In this document: positions 28,760 to 38,573 of the stretch, one piece after another | How positions within the stretch are numbered: position 1 is the stretch's first letter | How the letters are laid out: each line of letters starts with the position of its first letter | The notes under the pieces: generated by a model | Database searches by the model: none | The model's input: the letters and a program-made list of their open reading frames with translations, nothing else | What the model was told of the DNA's origin: nothing | Assembly: GCA_964521755.1 (NCBI GenBank) | Contig: CAZFSZ010000004.1 | Span: forward strand, 1 to 51,823 | From: an uncultured Methanosarcinales archaeon | GTDB taxonomy: Archaea > Nanobdellota > Nanobdellia > Woesearchaeales > WJKL01 | Reading direction: 5' to 3' | Length of the DNA: 51,823 nt | Made by a program: the position numbers and the translations under genes

Positions 28760-29458
28760 ATGATTAAAAAAATAATTGCAGTATTGATGGTTTTTGTCTT
28801 GCTGGGAATAGTTGGATGCCAGCAAAGTGAGAACACAATCAATGTTTCAGGAGATTCAGAACTTACAGTTGATCCAGATGAAGCAGAGGTGTGGGCTGGT
28901 ATCTCTGTGATAGAGTTAACAGCAGAAGAAGCCCAGTCAGAAGCCAATAAAGTGATTAATGATGTTATCGATGGATTGAGATACAAAGGGATTTCAGAGG
29001 AGAATATTGAAACAGAACGGTTGAATTTAAGAGAAGAAAGAAAATATGAAGATGGAGAATACAATGTTGTTGGCTGGAGAGCTTCGCAGACACTAAAGAT
29101 AAGCACTGAGGATTTGGATAAGGTTGGAGAGATAGTTGATGTCTGTGTTGAGAACGGAGCAAACCAGATAAACAGAATAAATTTTGGATTAAGCGAAGAA
29201 AAAGAGCAGGAATACAAAAAAGAAGCACTGGCAAAAGCTACTTCAAATGCCAAAGAAAAAGCAGAGACAATTGCAGACAGTTTGGGAGTTAAATTAGGAG
29301 AAGTTAGAAGTGTTTCAGAAGCACAGCATTATTACAGGCCTTACGGATATATGATGGAAACAAAAGTTGGAAGTGCTGCTGTAGAAGAAGCTGCTCAAGT
29401 CATGCCTCAAAAAGTAGATATAACAGGGCAGATAAGTCTTGTGTATAATGTAAAATAG
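28760..29458 (+). CDS. SIMPL (DUF541) domain lipoprotein
   Basis: Signal with IVGC; TINVSGDSELTVDPDEA, GANQINRINF, AKEKAETIADSLGVKLG. Confidence 0.88.
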   Translation: MIKKIIAVLMVFVLLGIVGCQQSENTINVSGDSELTVDPDEAEVWAGISVIELTAEEAQSEANKVINDVIDGLRYKGISEENIETERLNLREERKYEDGEYNVVGWRASQTLKISTEDLDKVGEIVDVCVENGANQINRINFGLSEEKEQEYKKEALAKATSNAKEKAETIADSLGVKLGEVRSVSEAQHYYRPYGYMMETKVGSAAVEEAAQVMPQKVDITGQISLVYNVK

Positions 29459-29484
29459 ATATTTTTTTCTATTTCTTTTTTGTT

Positions 29485-30303
29485 TTATTTTTCTGCATTC
29501 TTAACAGCAGTCAAGAAGAAAACTTTTCCCCAGTTTAATGCAAGAATAAGAAATATTATACTTAATATTAAATAAGGCATTGAAGCATATAATAATTTGT
29601 AAACTACAGCTGCGAAAAACAAAGTAGTTAGAAATATTATGAGATAACTAAATACTAATATTTCTGGTTTTTTATAAGCGAGCTTTAGAGTGTGTTTCAG
29701 GAATTCTTTGGTTTTTTTGGGATTGTATTTATGAACCAATCCAAAAGAGATATAGGCAAGATAGGTTATTATTATAAAAAGGATAATACCTATAAATGCG
29801 ATTAACTGGTTGCTGCCTGTATAAGTTGATAATCTTAAAAAGAATCCGCTGAAAAGTGCACCTAAAAAGGCAAAGAAAAGGAAAGATATTCCAAACATCA
29901 ATAAATATCTTTTGAATGAAGAATTTTTATTTACAATAAGGTCTGCAATGCCCCAGTTTATTCCGTTTATGAAAATGTAGGACAAGAACAAAAGCAAGCC
30001 GAACATTATGAGATATTTTATTATGTTGCTGTATGCTGTTTCAACAGCTTCCAGCTCTTCTAAAGCCATATATGATTCTGCAGATGTCATCATTGTTGTG
30101 TTTGAAATATCTTCAATCGGAGCCACCATGTTTTCTATCTCTTCCCCTATATTTCCGGAATAATTAAGCAAAAGCAAAGAGATAACAAGCAGGAAAATCA
30201 ACTGAGTTATGAATAAAAAAGAAAAATATCTTTTTTTGCTTTTGATTATTTTAAATGATTCTTTTAATGAAGAGAGGATTGTGTTTTGGTGTTTAGGTTT
30301 CAT
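29485..30303 (-). CDS. Multi-pass membrane protein (module copy 2)
   Basis: About 6 hydrophobic segments; same layout as 39256-39990. Confidence 0.8.
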   Translation of the reverse strand: MKPKHQNTILSSLKESFKIIKSKKRYFSFLFITQLIFLLVISLLLLNYSGNIGEEIENMVAPIEDISNTTMMTSAESYMALEELEAVETAYSNIIKYLIMFGLLLFLSYIFINGINWGIADLIVNKNSSFKRYLLMFGISFLFFAFLGALFSGFFLRLSTYTGSNQLIAFIGIILFIIITYLAYISFGLVHKYNPKKTKEFLKHTLKLAYKKPEILVFSYLIIFLTTLFFAAVVYKLLYASMPYLILSIIFLILALNWGKVFFLTAVKNAEK

Positions 30304-30310
30304 TTTCTAA

Positions 30311-33300
30311 TTATTGTGATTCCATATTAGTTACATATATGTAGAAATCTTCTGCTCCCTCTACTAAACCTGGGATATATGCTATTTTAATTCCATCATA
30401 TTCTCCAAGGATGTTTTCCTCTTTTTGGGCATCTTCTATATTTTTAAATACCTTAACATTTCTATTCATTTGTTGGGTATCCTGATCCACAACAAAGCTT
30501 CTAATTCTTGAAAGCCCTTCTTTGTAATTTAGATCATTCATTTTTATCAAAAAATCATCTTCAGGACCTAAATACCATATCCTATCAGCAAGCCAAGAGG
30601 TTGTATGCCATGTACTTTCTTCTGGAAGTACAGCTTCCCATCCAGGAGTTTGTCTATGTGCTGTTGATTTTAAATTGTATCTTAAAATAATGTCAGAGTT
30701 TATACCTCCTTCCAGCCTTATAATATTACTTATATTACTTGGAGGTTCTTCGGGTTCTTTTTCAGAATCTCTATCTTTATCTTCATCTCCTTCTTCTGGT
30801 TCTTCCCCTCCATCTCCATCTTCAGTTTCTTTATTATCGTCTTCTGGTTTTTCTTCTGGTTTAACATTCAAATAAATCGGGTCTATCTCCTGTGCAAGCC
30901 CCTGATAAGTTACTACATCTTGTGGGATTGAGTCTGTGCAGCTGAAACCCTGCTCTGGGAAATGCCTTAACTGAAGCTTGAGTGTCCAGGCTCTTCCTGA
31001 TGTTCCTGAAGAAGACCCCCTGTATTTTAATTCATATTCTTTGCAGTCTTGGACTGTCTGTCCGTTGATATTGCATGTTGATATTGCAGCAGGGTTATCA
31101 AATCTAAGAGATAATCCACCAAGTTCTATTTCTGTGTTTCTAGTGAATTCTGTCCAACCATTCATTGTTTCGGTTCTGTATTGATCTCCATTATTATCAT
31201 TATCTGTGTCCTTGAAATATACAGAATGATATGTATCATATTCTATATCTGCTCCTGGAACCAGTTCGGTTTCGCTTCTTATGAGATTTGCTGAACTTCC
31301 ACTTTCCTTTATATTAATTATAGGAAGCTCTCTGTAGAAATAAGATTCTGATATTGAATCAAGCAGTTTTATTGACCTTGAATAATTAACCCATCTGTTT
31401 GGGCTTGCTGGATCAGGAGGGAAAACATCATAAGCTGTTTCAATAGTTGTTCCATAGCCGTTCTTAAGCTCTGCATAAAGACAATGTGATTCTCCCTGGT
31501 TATAGACAGGAATATAATCAATGGTCAAAGGCTCATCAAGATAAAATGTTTTTTCTCTGCAGTCAACTAATTGGCCATCTTTTTCACATTTGATACTTCC
31601 AAAGTAGGCTCTGCCTCTTTTTTCCCAGACAAGGCCTCCTGCATCACATATGAACTTTCCGGTTGACTGGTCAAACCTGCAGGCAAATATGTCTCTTACT
31701 GTTGCATCTTTTATTGGAGAATAAAATACGCCTTGTCTTTGGTTTATCCTGTTTTCTTCTGGTATGCATTTCTCTGCCTCATCTGGGTCATTTACATTGA
31801 TGGTTATCTTTACATTGTCAAACCTGTAAGGCTGTGTTACCACAACATGCTCGCTTTTGTCTTCAAGCACACCCTGGGATAATCTTCCTCCTGTATAAAC
31901 AGTATATGTTGGTCCTGGAGAATCCTGGTTATAAAGGTCAGGAGTTGCAGCTGATGCATATGAAGCACAGTCGCATCCTCCTGGAGCAAGGTCTGAGCCA
32001 GTTTCAATACATTTTACTCCGTCGTATGATGCAAGCTCATGATCTGTTATACATGATAATTGAACAGAGTAACTGTCAATATCACAGCCGGGTGTTATGG
32101 TCCAGGCTATCCTGTATTCATAGGTTGCAAGTTCTGTATCTGGGTCCCAAGCTAGATATTCTCGGTCTGCCAGCAGCGCTCCTGCACTGGTATGATATGG
32201 AACTGTATATGCGGCATCCATAAAACCTTCAAGGTCCCATCCCCAGTCTGCATTGATAGAGGCCAAGCATATCTTTTCAGCAATTGCTCCTTCTCCTATT
32301 CCAATATAATCTCTCAATGCTGCGCTGTTGTAGTCGGCCAGCAGATCATTTGTAGACTCCTGGACACCTCCAAATATAGAATCTGTTCCTGCTCTTATCG
32401 TATCCCCTATCTCAAGGCTTTTTCCTGTTCCTGTCCATGGAAGGCAGCCTTCACTTGCCTGGGTGATTATCCTGGCAAGCCATTTGCATATATACTGGGA
32501 AAAGAATTCTTTGCATACTCCTGTATCATAGGTTCCTGTCTTTTGTATCTGGGACATGCAGTTATACAATCCCTGCAATATATTTCTCGCTAACTTAAGC
32601 CTTTGAAGTATCTGGGTTCCGCACAAACATTGGAATGCAGGCAGAATATCCTGAGGATTTAGATAAGGTGCATCAGGAGAGGTATACAATGGCTGTCCAA
32701 AACAAGCTGACTGGTCTCTTCCTTCGTAGTATTTATAATTATCATAGAAATATCCAAGTTTGTCATATCTGTAATTCCATTCATCTTCTGAATCTGCAGG
32801 AGGGATCAATGCACCTTCTTCTCCTCTTACACTGTAGCAGACGCAGAATTTACCTGAATCACAGTTATTTGCAGGTGTATTTAATGTATGGGGTGTGTTT
32901 GATTCTACTAAATCATCTACTTCTTCTTTACATTCGCCTTTCTGCCATCCAAGCTCGTCACATACATCTTCACAGGATTTTTTTTCTTCTTTTAATTGAA
33001 CATTGTCTGTTCCTGAAACTATCTCAACTGTCTCTGTTTTAATACCTCTGCATTTTTCAATAACTAAATCCCCTTTAGTTTCAGGTTTTTGATCTGATTT
33101 TTTATAATAATCTCCTTTATATTCCCAGCAAAGTGATGAACCATCACATTCTTCTTTGCAAGTATTAACATCCTGTTTTCTTAATATTGTTCCTTTTGTG
33201 CTTGTCTCTGTTGTGCACTCTGTATTTTCCTCTATCCTTCTTCTGATTTCAACAGAATCTGCTGTAGCAGTCCAAGGCGCTGGAGATCCTCTGCACAAAA

Positions 33301-35365
33301 ACCTGTCACAAACCCATCTGTAAGCATTGTTTATCTCTTCTTCACTCTGCCATGCAGAATAAGCTGAGCTGCATCTTTCCTCTAGCTGTTCGTTTGTCAG
33401 ATCATCCTGGGTAAATTTTAGTTTGTTTTCATCTTCTTCTGTTTCAGCTGTTACAGAACCTGTTGCTTCTATTTCTTCCATTTGAGCTGATTCAATATCT
33501 TCTAGTTTTTGTCTTTGAGCTGCCCTTATCATTTCTTCTATCTCTTCCTCTGTAGGCCCTATCAGTTCATTTAATGCTCCTATTCCAGCAGAAGTCGCTT
33601 TTCCAGGACCGGGAATAGGGCATTTTTCTTCATTATCTTTTGACATTGCCCTGTCACTTAAATAATCCTGCCAGGATGCAGCTCTTCTAAAAATAGTTGT
33701 TACAACTCTTGCTCCAAAAGCAATAAGACAGAGTTTTCCAAGATCCTGGACTCTTTTATCAACTATGTCTATTATACGGTTGAGGTTCTGTATTGTCCTG
33801 TTTATTGTTTCTCTATTCTTGTCATTGATAAAATTTGAAAATACGTCTCTTGGGTCTATCATGCTTGTATCTACAGCATAAGCCACTTTTTCACAGCTGG
33901 TCTGGAACTCTCTTTCTTCTTTTCCCTGTATCTCATGGGTGTATTCTACAGTGAGCTTTAAAGGAAAGACCATCTCCTGGGTTAATTTTTTATAATCTTC
34001 AGAAAAATTGTTTAATCCGCCTAATTGGTTTAAATTGTATTTTACTATCCATAGTGTTTTGTCGCTGTTCGGTTTTTTGAACACAGGGCTTGAAGGAAGC
34101 GCCTGACAGCTGTAGTTATATCTTGGATCCTGCATTATTGAAGATGTGCAGGCATCATCTATATCTAAACTTTTTATTACAGGATTCTCACCATTTCCCT
34201 GATAATCCAACTCAAGGATAAACTGGATAAGCTCTGTGCCCTCTGCTAATCTTTCTCCGCTTAACAAAGAAGGAGACTGGTATTCCACCATGTTCATGAT
34301 ATTCCAGGCAAAAACGCCTGAAAAACAGGTTGCGATAGTATATGACAAATCTTCCTGAACACTGAAACCAACAGAATCTGTCGCAACAATGTATATATCA
34401 ACAGAGGTTTCTTCCTGCTTTTCAGTTATCCCCTCATCTCTTTCTGTGATTTCCTCAGAAGTGACAGGCTCAGATTGTGTATCCGGCTGCTGAGTTCCTG
34501 AACCCACACGAACATAACCTCCCAAAAATTCCACTCCCTGCTCTAAGTCAACATCTTCAAACCTGAAACGGCCGTTGCTGTTTGCTTTTTCTGTAAAATC
34601 AGGATTTCCGTCAGGCTCTTTTCCTATGTAAAGATCTACAGTAGCATTTGGCTCTGTATCTCCTTCAATGTCTGTTATTGCTGCGCTTTCATAGAATATG
34701 GAGCCTGAATCAGGGGATATGTTTTCAAGTCTCGGAGGGGTTGTATCTAATAATATTTTCCTTTGGGTCTCTGCTATGTTTCCTGCCCTGTCAAGTGCAG
34801 TTATCTTAACAGTGTTTTCACCTTCTCTTATTGTTGCTGAAGCGCTGAATGAATCAGTATTCTGCTGATAAACTGAAACATTGTTTACAAAAATCTCAAC
34901 ATAGCTTGTTTCAGAGACAGTTCCTGTAACTGTTATTGAATCGTCAGATGTATATGAAGGAAAAGAATCTATCTGGATAACAGGGGATGTCTCATCCACA
35001 GTAACATTGAATCCTGCAGAAGTTTTTTCTCCCTGGGGGCCAAGCACCTCTATCTTTATCTGGTTTGGAACCTGCAGATCAGTAAAATCTGGATTTAGAT
35101 CAGCTTCAAAATAAAACAAGCCGTCTTCTTCAACATCATATACTGCTGAAAAAACCTCGTTTACATAGAGTTTCGCAGTTGAGCCTGCAGTAGTGTTTCC
35201 GATAATCTCAAGTGATTCTGAATTTGTATAATCAGGAAGAGCTACATCCAAAAAAAGGCTGTTATCCTGGGTTTGGGTTGTGTTGTTGGCTGCAAGAGAA
35301 ACAGGTGTAAATATGATTAGAAAAATGATGATTACAGACATTAATCTTGATGATCTGGTTTTCAT
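30311..35365 (-). CDS. 1684-aa secreted Ig-like / Cys-rich surface protein
   Basis: Sec signal ending VSLA; Ig-like repeats (VDETSPVI, GENTVKITALDRAGN, LDTTPP); many Cys; acidic linker near C terminus. Confidence 0.85.
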   Translation of the reverse strand: MKTRSSRLMSVIIIFLIIFTPVSLAANNTTQTQDNSLFLDVALPDYTNSESLEIIGNTTAGSTAKLYVNEVFSAVYDVEEDGLFYFEADLNPDFTDLQVPNQIKIEVLGPQGEKTSAGFNVTVDETSPVIQIDSFPSYTSDDSITVTGTVSETSYVEIFVNNVSVYQQNTDSFSASATIREGENTVKITALDRAGNIAETQRKILLDTTPPRLENISPDSGSIFYESAAITDIEGDTEPNATVDLYIGKEPDGNPDFTEKANSNGRFRFEDVDLEQGVEFLGGYVRVGSGTQQPDTQSEPVTSEEITERDEGITEKQEETSVDIYIVATDSVGFSVQEDLSYTIATCFSGVFAWNIMNMVEYQSPSLLSGERLAEGTELIQFILELDYQGNGENPVIKSLDIDDACTSSIMQDPRYNYSCQALPSSPVFKKPNSDKTLWIVKYNLNQLGGLNNFSEDYKKLTQEMVFPLKLTVEYTHEIQGKEEREFQTSCEKVAYAVDTSMIDPRDVFSNFINDKNRETINRTIQNLNRIIDIVDKRVQDLGKLCLIAFGARVVTTIFRRAASWQDYLSDRAMSKDNEEKCPIPGPGKATSAGIGALNELIGPTEEEIEEMIRAAQRQKLEDIESAQMEEIEATGSVTAETEEDENKLKFTQDDLTNEQLEERCSSAYSAWQSEEEINNAYRWVCDRFLCRGSPAPWTATADSVEIRRRIEENTECTTETSTKGTILRKQDVNTCKEECDGSSLCWEYKGDYYKKSDQKPETKGDLVIEKCRGIKTETVEIVSGTDNVQLKEEKKSCEDVCDELGWQKGECKEEVDDLVESNTPHTLNTPANNCDSGKFCVCYSVRGEEGALIPPADSEDEWNYRYDKLGYFYDNYKYYEGRDQSACFGQPLYTSPDAPYLNPQDILPAFQCLCGTQILQRLKLARNILQGLYNCMSQIQKTGTYDTGVCKEFFSQYICKWLARIITQASEGCLPWTGTGKSLEIGDTIRAGTDSIFGGVQESTNDLLADYNSAALRDYIGIGEGAIAEKICLASINADWGWDLEGFMDAAYTVPYHTSAGALLADREYLAWDPDTELATYEYRIAWTITPGCDIDSYSVQLSCITDHELASYDGVKCIETGSDLAPGGCDCASYASAATPDLYNQDSPGPTYTVYTGGRLSQGVLEDKSEHVVVTQPYRFDNVKITINVNDPDEAEKCIPEENRINQRQGVFYSPIKDATVRDIFACRFDQSTGKFICDAGGLVWEKRGRAYFGSIKCEKDGQLVDCREKTFYLDEPLTIDYIPVYNQGESHCLYAELKNGYGTTIETAYDVFPPDPASPNRWVNYSRSIKLLDSISESYFYRELPIINIKESGSSANLIRSETELVPGADIEYDTYHSVYFKDTDNDNNGDQYRTETMNGWTEFTRNTEIELGGLSLRFDNPAAISTCNINGQTVQDCKEYELKYRGSSSGTSGRAWTLKLQLRHFPEQGFSCTDSIPQDVVTYQGLAQEIDPIYLNVKPEEKPEDDNKETEDGDGGEEPEEGDEDKDRDSEKEPEEPPSNISNIIRLEGGINSDIILRYNLKSTAHRQTPGWEAVLPEESTWHTTSWLADRIWYLGPEDDFLIKMNDLNYKEGLSRIRSFVVDQDTQQMNRNVKVFKNIEDAQKEENILGEYDGIKIAYIPGLVEGAEDFYIYVTNMESQ

Positions 35366-37275
35366 ATTAAATCTGGTCCTGGTATTTTTTCTGAGTTTTC
35401 CTCAAGATTGTCAAGCTTTTCAGCAAGCTTTTGCGCGCTTTCAGGGTCATTCAATCCGATATAAGGCCACTCCATTGCATGGAAGATTATCTCTTCTGCA
35501 TCTTCCAATGAAACCCAGCCGGGCTTCCATGAAGATTTATATCCCCCTATTATTCCATCTTCATTTAGAAGAGTTATCTCCAGTTCATAGGTATAATCCC
35601 ATTTGGCAAGCAGTTCTATTTCAGAAGGTATTCCTTCTTCATAGGAAGGATATACTCCGTTGCTTTTGTAGGTCCTGTTTCTTGTTATCTTGATAAGAGC
35701 TGATTCATCTTCTTCGAGTTCTTCTTCCTCATCAACCCTGTCTTCTACAGCAAAATGCTTTACTACTTTAAATTTTTTGTTGGTTACGGGTGTCAAATAA
35801 AGATAGGTTGTTTTTTCTGTGTTTGTGCTCACGAATTCCTGGGCTTCAAGATATCCTGATTTTTCTCCTCTTAAAACACCATTGATGCAATAAGGGAATT
35901 CTTTTGACATGGCTGCTACTGCTCCTCCTGAAACAAATTCACTCTGCCCCATAGGACATTTGTATTTCATGCATGTATATGATATATTAACTCCGGGAAG
36001 TTTGTTTTTCTTGTCTGGAAGTCCTGGCCTAGAGATATTTTCAAATGTATAGACAGTCAGGGTATTTCTTGTTCTTTCACTGCAGTAACGCTGTCTTTCT
36101 GTTGAGGGGCTTTCAACATCAAAAGTAGTTATTCCGAAATTTGTAGTGTCCGGCCTGTTGTGGTTGATACCTGCTTCTATTCCAAAATTAAAAGTGAATT
36201 TTTCATGATCATCTGTCTTCTCATCTGTTACAGTGACTAAAAAAGGATATCTTACATCATAAGTAAAGTGCCACAAATGCATACAGACCAGTGAAAGTAT
36301 ATCCTGTCCTCTCTGTGCATTTGACCTCAATATATTGCCGTCATTAGGCCTTACATGCAGGTCAAGAGGCCAGTCTTCATCATAGGTAAAGCTTACACGT
36401 GTATCAGGATATTCTGTTGTGGTTACATCCCATACAAAATGATTTTTTTCATACTCCAAATTTTCAGGAAGGGGATTGTATTTTGTCTTTTCAACCTTTA
36501 TCAAAGGAAGATTTGAAGTTAATAATCTCTTTAGCTTGGCTTCAACATCCTGAAGCTTCCAGATTCTTGGCCTGCAGGTAAATTCATAATCAATATAAGG
36601 AATCTCGGGGTCAGATGCTATCAGGTCTATGGTCCTGGTCTCTATAAACTTGTCAAGATTTTCCTCCTCAAGGATATCTCTTGCAAGCTGATAAGCTGTC
36701 TTAAGCCTTAGAGGAACAGAAGCTTCGAATTTATCTATATTAACTGTCTGGTTTTTTGAAGGGATAGTTATCTTTAGGGGATAAAGAAGCTCTACCTCTA
36801 CTCCTGAATCCATAAGAGTGACAACTGCCTGTTTATCTCCTGATTCTATCTGGAAAAGATTCTGGAAAGGTGCAAGATCCTGGATGCATGAGTCTATGTT
36901 TTCCTCTATATATGTTTCAAGCTCATTTACAATAAAAGATTCAGAAGGTATTTTTGATATTCCCCTGTATCTCCAAAGAGGGATTTTTATTTCTCTAAAC
37001 AAAGGATTTGTGGATATATATGATGTGGGGTCAAGATCTATCTCATCAGGAAAATCAATATATCCTCCGTTTGATCCGATAATATGTATCCCTTCCTCTG
37101 CTGTGGTCTGGATGCAGTTTCTGACATATTTCTGCATCGGAGAGACTTCAGGAGGAGTTATCACTTCTGGCTTGAATATAAGGGCCTGCTGCTGATACAT
37201 TATCAAAAGAGCCGCAACTAGAAGAATAGAGATTCCAGCTATTATAAATACTGTTACCTGGCCTCTTTTTTTCAT
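35362..37275 (-). CDS. 637-aa protein with class III (prepilin-like) signal peptide
   Basis: MKKRG/QVTVFIIAGISILLVAALLI; paralog of 45676-47868. Confidence 0.8.
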   Translation of the reverse strand: MKKRGQVTVFIIAGISILLVAALLIMYQQQALIFKPEVITPPEVSPMQKYVRNCIQTTAEEGIHIIGSNGGYIDFPDEIDLDPTSYISTNPLFREIKIPLWRYRGISKIPSESFIVNELETYIEENIDSCIQDLAPFQNLFQIESGDKQAVVTLMDSGVEVELLYPLKITIPSKNQTVNIDKFEASVPLRLKTAYQLARDILEEENLDKFIETRTIDLIASDPEIPYIDYEFTCRPRIWKLQDVEAKLKRLLTSNLPLIKVEKTKYNPLPENLEYEKNHFVWDVTTTEYPDTRVSFTYDEDWPLDLHVRPNDGNILRSNAQRGQDILSLVCMHLWHFTYDVRYPFLVTVTDEKTDDHEKFTFNFGIEAGINHNRPDTTNFGITTFDVESPSTERQRYCSERTRNTLTVYTFENISRPGLPDKKNKLPGVNISYTCMKYKCPMGQSEFVSGGAVAAMSKEFPYCINGVLRGEKSGYLEAQEFVSTNTEKTTYLYLTPVTNKKFKVVKHFAVEDRVDEEEELEEDESALIKITRNRTYKSNGVYPSYEEGIPSEIELLAKWDYTYELEITLLNEDGIIGGYKSSWKPGWVSLEDAEEIIFHAMEWPYIGLNDPESAQKLAEKLDNLEENSEKIPGPDLI

Positions 37276-37285
37276 TATGTCCTCT

Positions 37286-37438
37286 TCATTGATTAATTTT
37301 TTTCTTAATTAATTTTTGCAATAACTCTATAATATGACTAAATTCTAATTTGTTCTTTGATAGATAATTTTCATTAGTAAAAACTCCTTTGTTCTCTTTT
37401 ATTATTATGTTTTCATTAATACATGTTTTAAAATCCAT
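37286..37438 (-). pseudogene. 50-aa ORF, probable internally deleted HEPN toxin
   Basis: TGATG-coupled to the MNT gene; MDFKTCINENIIIKENKGVFTNENYLSKNKLEFSHIIELLQKLIKKKINQ; far shorter than a HEPN domain. Confidence 0.5.
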
Positions 37439-37962
37439 CATTTGAAAAGCCTCATGTTTCCAGTTAAAACAACCCCATTAATTAAATTGTTTTTGAATTC
37501 TTTGCTCATTTTTCCCTCAAATAATAAATGAATTTTTCTTTTTAGTTTTTTTTCAAATTTTGAAATATCTATTTTTTTTTGTGCAGATTCTATAAATAGA
37601 TCAATATCGCTGTTGATGTTGTCTGTGCCTTTTGCATAAGTGCCATACAAAACTATTGACCTTGGCAGTGTTTTTTTCTCTATAAAATCTACTAACCCTG
37701 ATTCATAAATTTTTAACAGATTAGTTGCTTTTTTTAATCTTGTAAATCTTTTATTTATATTTGCTTTATAGCTTTTATACAATGTGCTTGTGTCTTTTTT
37801 TACAAGAGTTTCCTTGATTAGTTTTTTTAGGTAATTAAGCACTGATTTGTGATCTAATTTAATTATCCTGCTTATTTCTCTAAGCTGATAGTTTTTATGA
37901 GGATTTTGAAAAAAAACATCCAAAACCCTGAATAAACTGTAGTTTGATATTATATGTTGCAT
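37438..37962 (-). CDS. wHTH + minimal nucleotidyltransferase (MNT antitoxin-like)
   Basis: YQLREISRIIKLDHKSVLNYLKKL; VLYGTYAKG...SDIDLF. Confidence 0.88.
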   Translation of the reverse strand: MQHIISNYSLFRVLDVFFQNPHKNYQLREISRIIKLDHKSVLNYLKKLIKETLVKKDTSTLYKSYKANINKRFTRLKKATNLLKIYESGLVDFIEKKTLPRSIVLYGTYAKGTDNINSDIDLFIESAQKKIDISKFEKKLKRKIHLLFEGKMSKEFKNNLINGVVLTGNMRLFK

Positions 37963-37965
37963 TTT

Positions 37966-38019
37966 TACACCAGATGGGGTATTATTACTACAAATGGTGT
38001 ATTTTTACCACTATTTAAA
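37966..38019 (-). promoter_or_regulatory. TATA plus two imperfect TACACC-N4-GGTGTA palindromes (putative autoregulatory operators)
   Basis: TACACCAGATGGGGTA at 37966-37981; TACTACAAATGGTGTA at 37986-38001; minus-strand TTTAAATA at 38019-38012. Confidence 0.6.
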
Positions 38020-38154
38020 TGTTTTGTTTTTAAATACTGAATTGATAGGTATAGCTTGTTGTCTATGCCCTTCTTTGTGGTTTTTCATATATTCTACCCA
38101 AAAATCTATGAATTGTAATCTTTGTTTTTGGTTTTTCTTTTTGTTGAATATCAT
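38011..38154 (-). CDS. 47-aa basic small ORF (not in ORF track)
   Basis: ATGA-coupled to the HEPN stop; MIFNKKKNQKQRLQFIDFWVEYMKNHKEGHRQQAIPINSVFKNKTFK. Confidence 0.45.
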   Translation of the reverse strand: MIFNKKKNQKQRLQFIDFWVEYMKNHKEGHRQQAIPINSVFKNKTFK

Positions 38155-38573
38155 TTTAATATTTCTTTGATAAATTCAATAACATCTTGAGTATCTTTAA
38201 GGATATTTTCTGCATCTTCTCTGTCAAATGTTTCATGGGGAGTAGAAACATCGTTTCCTTTAATATCAACATATTGAGATTTTCCTCTTTCTTTTAACCA
38301 ATGAAATAGGATTTTAACTTCTTTTTCTTCTTTTAAATCATAAAGATTGACTAATTTAATAATCTTTGCTGGATGGTCTTTTGGAATAACTTTATTCTTT
38401 TTAGCTATAGTTGAAGATACTGCTTGCTCCATGGCATCGTAAGCTGTCTTAACTACTTGAGCATATAGATTTCTGTTTTTTGCAACAGCAGTATCAAATA
38501 TTGCTTTAGCAGCATCAAGCGTAAGCTCAGCTTCTTCTAGATATTTTTGTGCTTGTTTTTCTCTTATTTCCAT
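38151..38573 (-). CDS. HEPN-domain protein (toxin-like)
   Basis: YLEEAELTLDAA, AYDAMEQA, PKDH, ERGKSQY, DAENIL...FIKEIL; overlaps the MNT gene. Confidence 0.8.
   Translation of the reverse strand: MEIREKQAQKYLEEAELTLDAAKAIFDTAVAKNRNLYAQVVKTAYDAMEQAVSSTIAKKNKVIPKDHPAKIIKLVNLYDLKEEKEVKILFHWLKERGKSQYVDIKGNDVSTPHETFDREDAENILKDTQDVIEFIKEILK

Noticed and set aside
30730-30860. TCTTC-rich tract as a DNA repeat element
   Set aside because: Explained by the Glu/Asp-rich linker of the 1684-aa protein.
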